Positions 8,873 through 18,892 of a DNA stretch of 64,000 nucleotides are shown in pieces (within the stretch, counting starts at the first letter, position 1; each line of letters opens with the position of its first letter). Location of the stretch: assembly GCA_965263165.1 (NCBI GenBank), contig OZ253584.1:245785-309784 (forward strand), written 5' to 3'. This stretch comes from Dehalococcoidia bacterium. Lineage in GTDB: Bacteria; Chloroflexota; Dehalococcoidia; Lucifugimonadales; SAR202-VII-2. Position numbers and translations under genes: made by a program. Below the pieces are notes generated by a model. That model saw nothing but the letters and a program-made list of their open reading frames with translations, searched no databases and was not told where the DNA came from.

Positions 8873-9196
8873 CGCCAACTCCTGGAGGCTGGGATTAGCT
8901 AACAATAGGACTAATGCAGGGGCCTGTCAAATGAAGAGCCGGTCGCGAGCGCGCCGCGAATAGCTCAAGCCACCCCCGTCCACGCTACAGTAGCGCCCCA
9001 CGCGGCAGAGGCCGGCGCGTAGGTGTGCCTCCCAGAACCGCTAGTCACAGGCGCAAGGCGAGAGAATCCTCTCAACCCCCACCACCCCTTCGTCTCCTCC
9101 CACAGCGCCATCTCCCCCCCATGCCCCGCATTGCGCTCCTCAGATAAGCCCCCGTATCATCAAAAGCGTCATCCCCTCACCGCACGGAACGCACCC

Positions 9197-11875
9197 ATGA
9201 CCATTTCGCAGAAGCCCCAGGAAATCCCAAAGGCCTATGAGCCGGGCGCCGTTGAGCAGCGCCTGTACCGGACTTGGGAGGAACGCGGCTACTTCACGCC
9301 CTCCCCGGACCCCGACAAGGAACCCTTCGTCATCATCATGCCGCCGCCCAACGTCACGGGCAGCCTCCACCTTGGCCACGGCATCACCGCCGCGCTGCAA
9401 GACGCCCTGACCCGCTGGCATCGAATGCTGGGTAAGTCTGCACTGTGGCTCCCCGGCACCGACCACGCCGGCATCGCCACGCAAACGGTCGTGGAGCGGG
9501 ACATCGCCGCCGCCGGCCTTACCCGGCACGAGTTGGGCCGGGAGAAGTTCGTAGAGCGCGTCTGGGAATGGGTCCGGAAGTACGGCACCATCATCACGCA
9601 GCAGCACAAGAGCCTGGGCGCCTCCTGCGACTGGACTCGCGAGGCATTCACCCTGGACGCCGGCCCGGCCCGCGCCGTCCGAACCACCTTCGTCAATCTA
9701 TACAACAAGGGACTGATCTACAGAGGCGAGCGCATCATCAACTGGTGCCCTCGCTGCGCCACGGCCCTCTCCGACTTGGAGGTGGACCACCGCATGGAGC
9801 CCGGCAAGCTCTACCACCTCCGCTACCCCATACAGGGAGACGGCGGCTACCTCGTGGTCGCCACGACGCGTCCTGAGACGATGGTGGCGGACACGGGAGT
9901 TGCCGTGAACCCCCATGACCCTCGCCACAACGGGCTCATCGGCAGGACCGCGGTCCTGCCGATCATCGGCCGCCCGCTGCCCATCGTCGGCGACGAGGCT
10001 GTGGAGATGGATTTCGGCACGGGCGCGCTGAAGGTCACTCCCAGCCACGACGCCATCGACTTCGAGGTGGGGCAACGCCACGCCCTGCCCCTCGTCAATG
10101 CCATGAACTTCGACGCCACCCTGAACGAGGAAGCGGGCCCCTACGCCGGCATGGACCGTTTCGCCGCCCGCGAGGCCATTGCCGGGGACCTTGAGGCGCA
10201 GGGCCTCGTGGAACGCGTGGAGGACTACCAGGTGTCGCTTGGCCACTGTCAGCGGTGCGACACCGTGGTCGAGCCGCTGGTGAGCAAGCAGTGGTTCGTG
10301 GACGTGGAGCCCCTGGCCCGTCCGGCCATAGAGGCCGTGCGCAACGGCAGCATCCGCATCGTTCCCGAGCGGTTCGCCAACGACTACCTTCACTGGATGA
10401 CCAGCATCCGGGACTGGTGCATTTCCCGCCAGCTTTGGTGGGGACACAGAATCCCCGTGTGGTATTGCGGCGATTGCGGCCACGAAATCGTGGCGGTGGA
10501 GGCCCCTGCAGCGTGCGACCGCTGCCACTCCGCCGACCTGCAGCAGGACCCGGGCGTGCTGGACACGTGGTTCAGTTCAGGCTTATGGCCGCACTCGACC
10601 CTCGGCTGGCCCGACGATAGCGAGGACCTGCGGCGCTTCTACCCCACCAGCGTCATGGAAACCGGCTACGACATCATCTTCTTCTGGGTCGCCCGCATGG
10701 TCATGCTGGGCATCGAGAATATGGGCGCTCCGCCCTTCCACACCATCTACCTCCACGGCCTGGTGCGGGACTCTCATGGCAAGAAGATGAGCAAGACCTC
10801 CGGCAACGTGATGGACCCCCTTGACCTCATCGCGGAGTATGGCGCCGACGCCCTGCGGGTCGCCCTCGTCGTTGGCGTGACTCCCGGCAACGACCTCCGC
10901 CTCTCCACGGCGAAGGTGGAAGCGGGACGAAACTTTGCCAACAAACTGTGGAACGCCGCCCGGTTCGCATCCATGAGCTTCGAGGGCCAAGAGGAGGCGC
11001 TGCGCGGTTGGAGCAACCCTTCGCCGAGCCACAGGCACGACCGGTGGATCATGAGCCGTCTGGCCCAGGTGACCCGCCAGGTCAATACCCACATGGAACA
11101 GTTCCAGCTGGGGGAAGCCGCCCACGTCCTCCAGAACTTCCTGTGGAGCGAGTACTGCGACTGGTTCATTGAACTCGCCAAGGTCCGCATGCGGGCAGAC
11201 CCAGATGCGCCATCGCCCCTGCCCTTCTTGGCGCACGTCTTGGAGCGGGTGCTGCGGCTGCTCCACCCCTTCATGCCCTTCATCACCGAGGAGATCTGGC
11301 AGAACCTTGTGGCCCGGCTCCCCAACGAGATGCCGTTGCCGGACTCCATCATGGTGGCCTCCTATCCCACCGACGCGGGCGTTGAAAACAGGCAGGCCGA
11401 GGATGAGATGATCTTGGCCATGAACATCGTGCGGGCCATCCGCGCCATCCGCGCCCAGTTCCGCCTGCCGCCCGCCCAGGGGATGGACGTGCTCGTCGAG
11501 GCCGGCGGCATGACCGCGGTCGCCTTGGAGGAAGCGCCGTACATCAAGCAGTTGGCCCGCGTGCAGGACTACACCGTTCTGACGGAAGGGCGGCAACGAC
11601 CGCCGGTGGAGAACGCCGTGACCTTGGTGCTCGACCAGGCCGCCGTGATCGCCCCGCTGGGCGGCCTCGTCGACCTCGCCGCAGAGCGGCGCCGTCTGGA
11701 AAAGGAGCTCAGCGAGGGCCGGGAGAACATTCAGCGGCTCCACGGCCGGCTCCAGGACGCCGCCTTTTTGGAGAAGGCGCCGGAGCGCGTCATCGAGCGG
11801 GAGCGGGAGCGCCTGGCGTCCCTTGAAGAGCAGGAGCAGCGGCTCCGGGAGTTCCTGGAGCAACTGGGAGGCTGA
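9197..11875 (+). CDS. valS: valine--tRNA ligase
   Basis: Class I signature PPPNVTGSLHLGHG (HIGH) and KMSKTSGN (KMSKS), with a C-terminal coiled coil. The track start at 9023 is over-extended; ATG 9197 gives MTISQKPQEIPKAYEP. Confidence 0.95.
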   Translation: MTISQKPQEIPKAYEPGAVEQRLYRTWEERGYFTPSPDPDKEPFVIIMPPPNVTGSLHLGHGITAALQDALTRWHRMLGKSALWLPGTDHAGIATQTVVERDIAAAGLTRHELGREKFVERVWEWVRKYGTIITQQHKSLGASCDWTREAFTLDAGPARAVRTTFVNLYNKGLIYRGERIINWCPRCATALSDLEVDHRMEPGKLYHLRYPIQGDGGYLVVATTRPETMVADTGVAVNPHDPRHNGLIGRTAVLPIIGRPLPIVGDEAVEMDFGTGALKVTPSHDAIDFEVGQRHALPLVNAMNFDATLNEEAGPYAGMDRFAAREAIAGDLEAQGLVERVEDYQVSLGHCQRCDTVVEPLVSKQWFVDVEPLARPAIEAVRNGSIRIVPERFANDYLHWMTSIRDWCISRQLWWGHRIPVWYCGDCGHEIVAVEAPAACDRCHSADLQQDPGVLDTWFSSGLWPHSTLGWPDDSEDLRRFYPTSVMETGYDIIFFWVARMVMLGIENMGAPPFHTIYLHGLVRDSHGKKMSKTSGNVMDPLDLIAEYGADALRVALVVGVTPGNDLRLSTAKVEAGRNFANKLWNAARFASMSFEGQEEALRGWSNPSPSHRHDRWIMSRLAQVTRQVNTHMEQFQLGEAAHVLQNFLWSEYCDWFIELAKVRMRADPDAPSPLPFLAHVLERVLRLLHPFMPFITEEIWQNLVARLPNEMPLPDSIMVASYPTDAGVENRQAEDEMILAMNIVRAIRAIRAQFRLPPAQGMDVLVEAGGMTAVALEEAPYIKQLARVQDYTVLTEGRQRPPVENAVTLVLDQAAVIAPLGGLVDLAAERRRLEKELSEGRENIQRLHGRLQDAAFLEKAPERVIERERERLASLEEQEQRLREFLEQLGG

Positions 11876-11964
11876 TCACTGCATCGCAAACCTCAGCCAG
11901 CGTTCCCCCGGACGATGGGGTACCATGGAAACAAGCGCGCCAGCCCCCTGGATACAGGCTCGAA

Positions 11965-12723
11965 GTGACGCAACCCCTGGCAGTGACCTTTGACCTCTGG
12001 CAGACCCTGATCATTGACCGGGACGGATGGGCTGAAGTTCGCAAAACGCAGCGCCTCCGGGGCGCCGTCGCCGCTTTGGGCCAGGCGGACATTGCAGTAA
12101 CCTGGGACCAAGTGGAGGGCGCCTACCGCCGCTGCTTCGACGCCTGCCAGGCTGTCCGGGCCCGCGGCGAGGACGTGTCCTTCTCCGAGCAGATTCACAT
12201 CTTCCTGAACGAGATACAGCAGGGCTTTGCCGGCGGCCTAGCCCCTGCGACGCTGGCGGGGGTCGCCGACGCCTACCGCGACGGCTACTTCTCCCGTCCG
12301 CTGCCGGCCGCGCCCGGCGCCCACGAAGTCCTGGACAACCTTCAGCGCCGGGGTGTGCGCCTAGGCCTCATATCCAACACAGGCACAACTCCCGGCGTGA
12401 CTTTTCGCAAGGCCCTCGACCACCTGGGCCTGCTCCACTACTTCGACGTCCTCACCTTCTCTGACGAGGTGGCGCTGGCCAAGCCGGCCCCCCAAATCTT
12501 CAACCTCACCCTCGAGCAACTGGGTGTGGGCCGCGAGAGCGCCATCCACGTGGGAGACACCCCGGAGCACGACGTGATGGGCGCCAAGGCTGCCGGCATG
12601 GCCTCTGTATGGGTCAGCCACGGACGCCGCGAGGGTCTGGCGCTGGCCCCGGACGCCGTAGCTCATGGCATAGAGCACCTCCTGCCGGAGCTCGACCGGT
12701 TGATTGAGCAGCGCGCGGGGTGA
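11965..12723 (+). CDS. HAD-superfamily hydrolase
   Basis: Motif I-like FDLWQTLI, ISNT (motif II) and GDTPEHDVMGAKAAG (motif IV). GTG start. Confidence 0.7.
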   Translation: MTQPLAVTFDLWQTLIIDRDGWAEVRKTQRLRGAVAALGQADIAVTWDQVEGAYRRCFDACQAVRARGEDVSFSEQIHIFLNEIQQGFAGGLAPATLAGVADAYRDGYFSRPLPAAPGAHEVLDNLQRRGVRLGLISNTGTTPGVTFRKALDHLGLLHYFDVLTFSDEVALAKPAPQIFNLTLEQLGVGRESAIHVGDTPEHDVMGAKAAGMASVWVSHGRREGLALAPDAVAHGIEHLLPELDRLIEQRAG

Positions 12724-13694
12724 ACGAGAAGGGGAACGTCGTGAAGGAGCGCGCCCGCGACCTCAAGCGAAGGATTGAGGCCCTTCAGTGGCGGATAAGG
12801 CGCAGCCGCCTCGCCAATCATCCCCTGGTGCTGCTCGTTGCCCGGGTGTTCCAGGACGTCAACCGCGATGACGGCCCCCATATGGCCGCGGGAGTCGCCT
12901 ACTACGTCTTCATCGCCCTCTTTCCCCTAATGCTGGGCCTGCTGGCCCTGGGCGGCGCGATCCTCGGCTCCGTCGGGACCATTGAGCAGGAGCTTCTCGA
13001 CTTCGTCGCGGACTATATCCCAGGCTCCGAGAGCTTCGTGTCCGGCAACGTCGATGCTGTCGTCCGGTATAGCGCTCCCCTGGGTATCGTCGCCATCATT
13101 GGCTTGTTCTGGACCGCCAGCGCTGGTTTCGGCGCCGTCACTCGATCGGTCAACCGCGCCTGGGGCGTCCGCAAGGACCGCCCCTTCTACATCGGCAAGC
13201 CCCGGCAGATGCTCATGGGCCTATCTCTGGGGCCGCTGTTTCTTGCCTCGATGGCCCTCCACTCGGCAGTAACCTTTCTGAGCAACGTCCGCATAGAGAT
13301 GCTGGGATGGGAGGCTACGTGGCCGTCGGGGGCGGTGAACTTCGCGTTGCGGCTCGTGTCCTGGGCCATAACGCTGTTCATCTTCATGGTCCTATACAAA
13401 TTCCTGCCCAACTGCAAGACCCATTGGCGCTACATCTGGCCCGGTGCCCTAGTGTCCGCCGGGCTGTTCGTCGTGGCCCAGGGCCTGTTCCTCTGGTACC
13501 TGAAGAGCCTTGCCTCCTACGACCAGGTGTACGGCCCGCTGACGTCGGTGATCGTGCTGCTGTTCTGGATGTACGTTTCCGCCCTCATACTCATCATCGG
13601 GGCCGAGATCAGCAGCGAGTACGAGCGCCTGCGCGGAGAGGGCCGGAAATGGACCAGCCTGTCCGATCCTGAGGCGCTGAGCTTTGAGGGATAG
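12720..13694 (+). CDS. YihY/BrkB (ribonuclease BN-like) family membrane protein
   Basis: AAGVAYYVFIALFPLMLGL...YGPLTSVIVLLFWMYVSALILIIGAE is the family signature. GTGA overlap with the upstream stop; exact start uncertain. Confidence 0.8.
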   Translation: MNEKGNVVKERARDLKRRIEALQWRIRRSRLANHPLVLLVARVFQDVNRDDGPHMAAGVAYYVFIALFPLMLGLLALGGAILGSVGTIEQELLDFVADYIPGSESFVSGNVDAVVRYSAPLGIVAIIGLFWTASAGFGAVTRSVNRAWGVRKDRPFYIGKPRQMLMGLSLGPLFLASMALHSAVTFLSNVRIEMLGWEATWPSGAVNFALRLVSWAITLFIFMVLYKFLPNCKTHWRYIWPGALVSAGLFVVAQGLFLWYLKSLASYDQVYGPLTSVIVLLFWMYVSALILIIGAEISSEYERLRGEGRKWTSLSDPEALSFEG

Positions 13695-13728
13695 GGTGAG
13701 CGCTGGACCGGAAGGCGGCGCGGCGGGA

Positions 13729-14019
13729 CTACTGGCCGGAGACGGTTGGCCCCGCCGCCGGCGCCTGATCCTGCTCTTCCAGCGACTGCCGGAGGGCCTT
13801 GATCTCCCGCTCCAGCTCTCGCTGCCGACGAGAGAGGACCAGGATATAGCCCGCGAGTCCCAGAAACACCACTGCGTAGGCGGCGAAGAGGAACGGGAGG
13901 TTCCCCTCAGGGTTGGATTCCTGGGCTGCGATTGAACGGGTAACCGCGAAGACTGGCGCGGGCACAAGGGCCAAGGCAACGATAGCCAGGGAAGCGACGC
14001 CTCTCAGGGTTCGGCCCAT
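13729..14019 (-). CDS. ccmD: CcmD-family small membrane protein (heme exporter accessory)
   Basis: 96 aa. TM segment FLFAAYAVVFLGLAGYILVLSRRQRELEREIKAL lies immediately downstream of ccmC. Confidence 0.5.
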   Translation of the reverse strand: MGRTLRGVASLAIVALALVPAPVFAVTRSIAAQESNPEGNLPFLFAAYAVVFLGLAGYILVLSRRQRELEREIKALRQSLEEQDQAPAAGPTVSGQ

Positions 14020-14027
14020 GAATGCTC

Positions 14028-14774
14028 CTAGACGGGATATCCGCGGCGCTCTTCATTGTAGAGGTGCAGCGCGTCCACGTCATCCTCGCAACGCCGCAGC
14101 TTGTAGCGATGCGCTATGAGGGCGGCGAAGAACAGGGCGAAGGCAACGAGCGACACCATCAGCGTCAACCCAATGGACGCCCCGATCTCCGACTCGCTGG
14201 AGCGGGCTGGCCCAATGACCTTCTCCGGATGCGTCAGAGACCCCCAAAGCTCCACGGAGAAGTAGACAAAGGGGGCCGTCAGTCCGGCCAGTATTCCCAA
14301 CACGGCGCCGAAACGCGCCCCCCGCTCCCCCGGAGGGGAATACGCCCGCAGGGCCAGATAGGCGACGCCCATCAGCCACAGAATCAGCAGCGTCGTCAGC
14401 ATTGGCTCCCACGTCCACCACGCATTCCATGTGGGCTTGGCCCAGATGGCCCCCGTGACGATGGTCAGCGAGAGCGCCAGCACGCCCACCTCCGCCGAAG
14501 CGTACGACAGCGCATCCCACCCCTGAGTCCTCTTCCAGAGGTAGCCCACGCTCCCCACGAATACCATGCCGACCACAGCCAGGCTCGCGATGGCAATGGG
14601 AACGTGGATGTACATGATCCGCTGCACCAGGCCCTGGTTCAGTTCCGTGGGCGCCCAAAAGAAGATCATCACGAGGTCCGCCATGATCATAGCGGCGGAC
14701 AGAAGCAGCAAAATCTCCCGCCGCGTGACCAGCGGCAGAGACTGTTCCCCAAGGCCTCCTGTGAGCCGCGCCAT
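14028..14774 (-). CDS. ccmC: heme exporter / cytochrome c maturation protein CcmC
   Basis: Trp-rich motif WAKPTWNAWWTWEPML and a polytopic membrane profile. Position in a ccmABC(D) operon. Confidence 0.85.
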   Translation of the reverse strand: MARLTGGLGEQSLPLVTRREILLLLSAAMIMADLVMIFFWAPTELNQGLVQRIMYIHVPIAIASLAVVGMVFVGSVGYLWKRTQGWDALSYASAEVGVLALSLTIVTGAIWAKPTWNAWWTWEPMLTTLLILWLMGVAYLALRAYSPPGERGARFGAVLGILAGLTAPFVYFSVELWGSLTHPEKVIGPARSSESEIGASIGLTLMVSLVAFALFFAALIAHRYKLRRCEDDVDALHLYNEERRGYPV

Positions 14775-14777
14775 CGG

Positions 14778-15452
14778 CTACTCCTCCAGCACGTATTCAA
14801 AGATGAAGGCGGCAACAACCAGAAACAGGATATCGAAAACCGCCACAAGTTGGAACCAACCGGCAGACGCGCCCCAGCCCTCTCCAGCCAAGGCGTTGCC
14901 CGTGACCTTGACTGCCCCCAGGAACACGGGGACCGTCACGGGAAGCAGCAGCAGCGGCAACATGACCTCGCGGGATCTGGTGTTCACCGCGGTGGCGGAG
15001 AACACGGCGCCAACCGCCGCAAAGCCAAGAGTCGACGCCAGGGCGATCACGATGAATGACGGCAGGAAGAACGGCAGGTTGAACAGTGCGGCAAAGACCG
15101 GATAGATGAGCAGCTCCATCAGCACCATGAACAGGAAGCTGGCCAGCATCTTGCCCACGTAGATAGCCTCTCGCCCAACGGGACAGAGCAGAAGCCCGTC
15201 CAGCGTCCCCTGGTCCTTCTCCAGCCCGAATCCCCGGTTCAGGCCCAGCATCCCTGAGAAGGCGAAGGCCACCCACACAATGCCGGGCGCCGTCACTGCC
15301 ACAAGCTCCGGGGCCGGGTCTAGGGCAAAGTTGAAGATGACCACGACCAGAAGGGCGAAGATGAACAGCGAGGCCACCATATCGCGGGTGCGCAACTCCA
15401 GGAGCAGGTCCTTCCAGAGGATGGCGGCCACCGGTTTCAGGAACCCGCTCAC
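14778..15452 (-). CDS. ccmB: heme exporter permease CcmB
   Basis: MSGFLKPVAAILWKDLLLELRTRDMVASLFIFALL is a typical CcmB N-terminus, with 6 TM segments. Confidence 0.85.
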   Translation of the reverse strand: MSGFLKPVAAILWKDLLLELRTRDMVASLFIFALLVVVIFNFALDPAPELVAVTAPGIVWVAFAFSGMLGLNRGFGLEKDQGTLDGLLLCPVGREAIYVGKMLASFLFMVLMELLIYPVFAALFNLPFFLPSFIVIALASTLGFAAVGAVFSATAVNTRSREVMLPLLLLPVTVPVFLGAVKVTGNALAGEGWGASAGWFQLVAVFDILFLVVAAFIFEYVLEE

Positions 15453-16222
15453 GACGCAGGCCCCGTCAGCCGCGTGTAGGCGTCTCGCAGGCCGGCGGCC
15501 GTAACGCCGCCGCGGGTTCCCTGGAAGGCGATCCGGCCATAGGAGAGAATGGCCACCCGGTCGCCCAGGGTCAGACCGCGCTCCAGGTTGTGGGTTGTCA
15601 TCACCACGGTTCGCCGCTCGCGCTCGCCGGGCGATAGCAACGCCTGCTCCAGCATCTCCACAGCCTCCGGGTCAAGGCCCGACTCGGGCTCGTCCAAGAG
15701 CAGAACGGAAGGGTCGTGCAGGAGCGCCCTGGCGATGGAAACCCGCTTCTGCATCCCATGGGACAGGGTGCGCGCCTTGGCGTCCAGCTTGCTCTGCATG
15801 CCCAGCGACGTGAGCGCCTGGTCAATGCGATGGTCGCGGTCCGGCAGGCCGTACATGCGGGCATAGAACGCCAGGTTCTCTCCCACGGTGAGGTCCCCGT
15901 AGAGAAGGGGCTGGTGCATCACCACGCCTATGCGGCGCCGAACTGCCGGCGCATTTCTCCGAGGGTCTATACCCTCGACCCGGACGGACCCGGTGGTGGG
16001 ACTGGCGAGGGTAGCCAGGATTCTTAGGAAGGTCGTCTTGCCGGAGCCGTTGGCCCCCAGGATGGTGAGAAACTGCCCGCGCTGGACGTCCAAGTCGACA
16101 CCCCGCAGCGCGGCGACTCTGCCGAAGGACTTCCTGACGCCCCGCGTCCAGATGGCAACGTCGCCCAACTCGGCGGCGGAATCTCTTGAGGTCACGGCTT
16201 CAACCTGCGCGAGGCGCGGCAT
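15449..16222 (-). CDS. ccmA: heme ABC exporter ATP-binding protein CcmA
   Basis: Walker A GANGSGKTT, signature LSHGMQKR, Walker B LLLDEPESGLD. 4-nt overlap with ccmB. Confidence 0.85.
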   Translation of the reverse strand: MPRLAQVEAVTSRDSAAELGDVAIWTRGVRKSFGRVAALRGVDLDVQRGQFLTILGANGSGKTTFLRILATLASPTTGSVRVEGIDPRRNAPAVRRRIGVVMHQPLLYGDLTVGENLAFYARMYGLPDRDHRIDQALTSLGMQSKLDAKARTLSHGMQKRVSIARALLHDPSVLLLDEPESGLDPEAVEMLEQALLSPGERERRTVVMTTHNLERGLTLGDRVAILSYGRIAFQGTRGGVTAAGLRDAYTRLTGPAS

Positions 16223-16422
16223 GTATTGGCGGCGTTGAGGGAAGAGACTGAGAGAACGGCGACATAAGAGGTGCTCTGAGCGGCGCTGCGGCCCCTCGAA
16301 TCATACGCCAGCAGGGGAAATACGGACAAGGAGAAAGCACCCTCCCTTCCTCTGTGGCCAGGGAAGGCTAGGTGGGCGCCGGTCAACAACCCCTACGAGA
16401 ACTCCACCCAGCGGGCCAAAGA

Positions 16423-16456
16423 GAAAGCGGGACGCGCTGAGGCGCGTCCCGCTTTC
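16423..16456 (-). terminator. intrinsic terminator downstream of glnII
   Basis: 15-bp perfect stem GAAAGCGGGACGCGC / GCGCGTCCCGCTTTC with a 4-nt loop. On the minus strand it is followed by a T-rich tract (CTTTCTCTTTGG). Confidence 0.6.
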
Positions 16457-16494
16457 TTTCGCCTTCCGGGGAAGCTGGCCGCAGCCAGCCGGAG

Positions 16495-17505
16495 CTACTT
16501 CTCTGCGCTGCCCACCGTCTCCATGACCAGGCGGGTCACGACATACGGGTCCATGTTGGCGTTGGGGCGCCGGTCCTCGATGTAACCCTTGCCCTCAGCC
16601 TCCACCTGCCAGGGAATGCGGACAGAGGCGCCGCGGTCGGAAACTCCATAAGAGAACTCCCGGTAGGAAGCAGTCTCATGCAGGCCCGTCAAACGCTCCT
16701 CGATGCCAAAGCCGTAGTTCTTGATATGGAGGTCGTGCCTTGCCTTGAGGGCCTCCGCGGCGTCGACGTTCGGCTGGTAGCTGGAGCGCATCTTCTTCGT
16801 GGAAAGGTTGGTGTGCGCCCCGGCCCCATTCCAGTCGCCGCTCACCGGCTTCGGGTACAGCGTGGCGCTGATCCCGAACTCTTCACCCGCCCGATAGAGC
16901 AGATAGCGGGCCATCCACAGCTCGTCCGAGACCTCCACGCCGCCCACCGGGCCTACCTGGAATTCCCATTGGCCCGGCATGACTTCCGCGTTGATGCCGC
17001 TGATGTTCAGGCCGGCCTTCAGGCACAGTTCCAGATGCTTTTCCACCATCGGGCGCCCGAACACCTCGTCGGCGCCAACACCGCAGTAGTAGCCGCCCTG
17101 GGGTGGCGGAAAGCCGCCACCCTCGGGAAAACCCAGCGGCCGCGTGCTGCGGAACAGGGTGTACTCCTGTTCGATGCCGAAGAGGAATTCCTTGTCGGCA
17201 TGCGCCGCCGCCATCTCTGCGCACGGCCGCCGGCTGTTGGTTTTGTGGGGCGTCATGTCGGGAAGCAAGACCTCGGCCAAGACCAAGACGTCGTCGCCCC
17301 CGCGTATGGGGTCGGGGCAACGGAACACCGGCTGGAGCACGCAGTCCGACGCCTCACCCGGCGCCTGGTTCGTGCTGGACCCGTCGAAACCCCATATGGG
17401 AAGGTCCTCCAAACGCTTGGCCCTCTCGACGACCTTCGTTTTGGCGCGTAGCTTCTGAGTGGGCTCCGTGCCGTCGATCCAGATGTATTCCGCACGCACT
17501 GCCAT
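16495..17505 (-). CDS. glnII: glutamine synthetase, type II (eukaryote-like, ~340 aa)
   Basis: 336 aa. MAVRAEYIWIDGTEPTQKLRAKTK... and ...GAGAHTNLS... fit GSII in length and motifs rather than GSI. Confidence 0.9.
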   Translation of the reverse strand: MAVRAEYIWIDGTEPTQKLRAKTKVVERAKRLEDLPIWGFDGSSTNQAPGEASDCVLQPVFRCPDPIRGGDDVLVLAEVLLPDMTPHKTNSRRPCAEMAAAHADKEFLFGIEQEYTLFRSTRPLGFPEGGGFPPPQGGYYCGVGADEVFGRPMVEKHLELCLKAGLNISGINAEVMPGQWEFQVGPVGGVEVSDELWMARYLLYRAGEEFGISATLYPKPVSGDWNGAGAHTNLSTKKMRSSYQPNVDAAEALKARHDLHIKNYGFGIEERLTGLHETASYREFSYGVSDRGASVRIPWQVEAEGKGYIEDRRPNANMDPYVVTRLVMETVGSAEK

Positions 17506-17658
17506 GTATCCAACTCCTTACGATGTACTAGAGTGAGTGCGTCCCCCTGGCGCGCACACACTGCGGGCCTCCCTAACGGTCCCAGCAGACCGGCGGCGCT
17601 CACCGGGCTCGGCGAAACCTCTCCCACCATTGTCTGCGGAGTGTGTTTCTTTGGCGTT

Positions 17659-17690
17659 GCCCGAATGTTACAACCTTGTAACATTCGGGC
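17659..17690. promoter_or_regulatory. perfect 15+15 bp palindrome (candidate operator) upstream of glnII
   Basis: GCCCGAATGTTACAA cc TTGTAACATTCGGGC, located 154-185 nt upstream of the glnII start. Confidence 0.4.
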
Positions 17691-17794
17691 GGTAGTCCCT
17701 CTTTCTCTCGCCTGCCCGGACAGTTCCCATCCCTGCCCCGTACGCGGCGGAAGGCTAGAAAGAGGGTCCTCCCCAACCTCTCTGAGGGCGGCGC

Positions 17795-18706
17795 CTAGCG
17801 GAAAATGGCGTCAACAACGCTGTTGGCCATCCCCTCCGTGCAGGCCGCCACTAGCAGCGGCGCCCGCCCGGCTGTCCTGCCGGGTTCGAAGCGGTAGGGC
17901 TCCAGAGCGCCGTCCGGTTGAACGGAGAATACGGGGCATCCGGCGGCCCTGGCGAAGGCAAGGCCCGGATCAACCTCCGATCGAGGCTCGTTGAACATAA
18001 CGTAGGCATGCACCAGGCCCCGGGCCAGCCAGGCGTAAATGCAGGACCCCCCGTTGGGCCAAATGCGGACCCCGGGGAACTGCTGCGTCAGCACCGTCAG
18101 AAGCCTGCCGCCCTCCGCCGTCCAGGCTGTCAGATACGACGGCTCCATGAGGAACGCTGCTATCACCGTCCCATCGTCAATGGCGGTCTTTGTCGACGGC
18201 CGCACCCGTTGCGGGGCGCCGCCGTCCAGGTGGGTTGCCGTCACCCCTTCAGCATCGGCCAGATAGAGCTCCCGCCTGATGATGTCAACGCCGCCGCCGG
18301 CTATCGGCGTAAGGTCTTCCCGATAGACCGACATGACGCTCCACCACTCGGCGGGCAGGCCCCTGCTGAAGAGCCCGGAGCCGTCGAACGGATCGGTGGC
18401 GATCAGGTAACGCTCCCCTGCGCCGTCCACCCGGCGCAGGCTGTGCTCCGAGTGGATGTCGAAGTTGAGCCCGGAACGTCGGCACCACGCCTCGAGGAGG
18501 TCGTCGCACACCCTATCGATGCCGATCTCCACGTCCTCCTGCTCCGGCCTGCCGGCAACCGCGCCCAACACCTCGCGCCCTTCGCCGCGTCCAGCCTTGT
18601 CGCAAACGGTGGCCGCAACCTCGCGGAGGTACCCTTGAATCATCTCGGAGAGGTTCATAGAAACGTAGCTCGATGTGCTTCCCAGGGACGTTGCTACAGA
18701 CGCCAA
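17795..18706 (-). CDS. inositol monophosphatase / FBPase-family protein
   Basis: IATDPFDGSG corresponds to the DPxDG(S/T) metal-binding motif. Start uncertain: TTG 18706 or ATG 18658. Confidence 0.6.
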   Translation of the reverse strand: MASVATSLGSTSSYVSMNLSEMIQGYLREVAATVCDKAGRGEGREVLGAVAGRPEQEDVEIGIDRVCDDLLEAWCRRSGLNFDIHSEHSLRRVDGAGERYLIATDPFDGSGLFSRGLPAEWWSVMSVYREDLTPIAGGGVDIIRRELYLADAEGVTATHLDGGAPQRVRPSTKTAIDDGTVIAAFLMEPSYLTAWTAEGGRLLTVLTQQFPGVRIWPNGGSCIYAWLARGLVHAYVMFNEPRSEVDPGLAFARAAGCPVFSVQPDGALEPYRFEPGRTAGRAPLLVAACTEGMANSVVDAIFR

Positions 18707-18892
18707 GCGGGGGAGTCCTCTCTTCCCATCCCATCCTCCGTAGCCGGGGAAAAGTGAAGATGGGGACCCTTCCCAATACCTGCCCTACCCTTCATACCCA
18801 GCGTAGATTATCGGCGCCAGGCGTGACAAGCGCGTCTGTCTGTCCAACCTCCGCCGTGGTATAGTTATCTGCCGCGTCCCGAGGTAAACCCA

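Noticed and set aside
8906-9196. T-box leader upstream of valS.
   Set aside because: No T-box consensus (AAUUAGGGUGGUACCGCG-like) and no specifier-loop or terminator-antiterminator architecture is visible in the ~290-nt upstream region.
18677-18692. The 16-mer GCTTCCCAGGGACGTT is shared by 18677-18692 and 20728-20743. A one-gap version lies in the ICE spacer at 52385-52400.
   Set aside because: For a 64-kb high-GC window, about one exact 15-16-mer coincidence is expected by chance on both strands. The contexts differ (a coding N-terminus or UTR, the eno-gap spacer and the ICE spacer) and no extended similarity follows. Treated as chance unless a genome-wide search shows enrichment.
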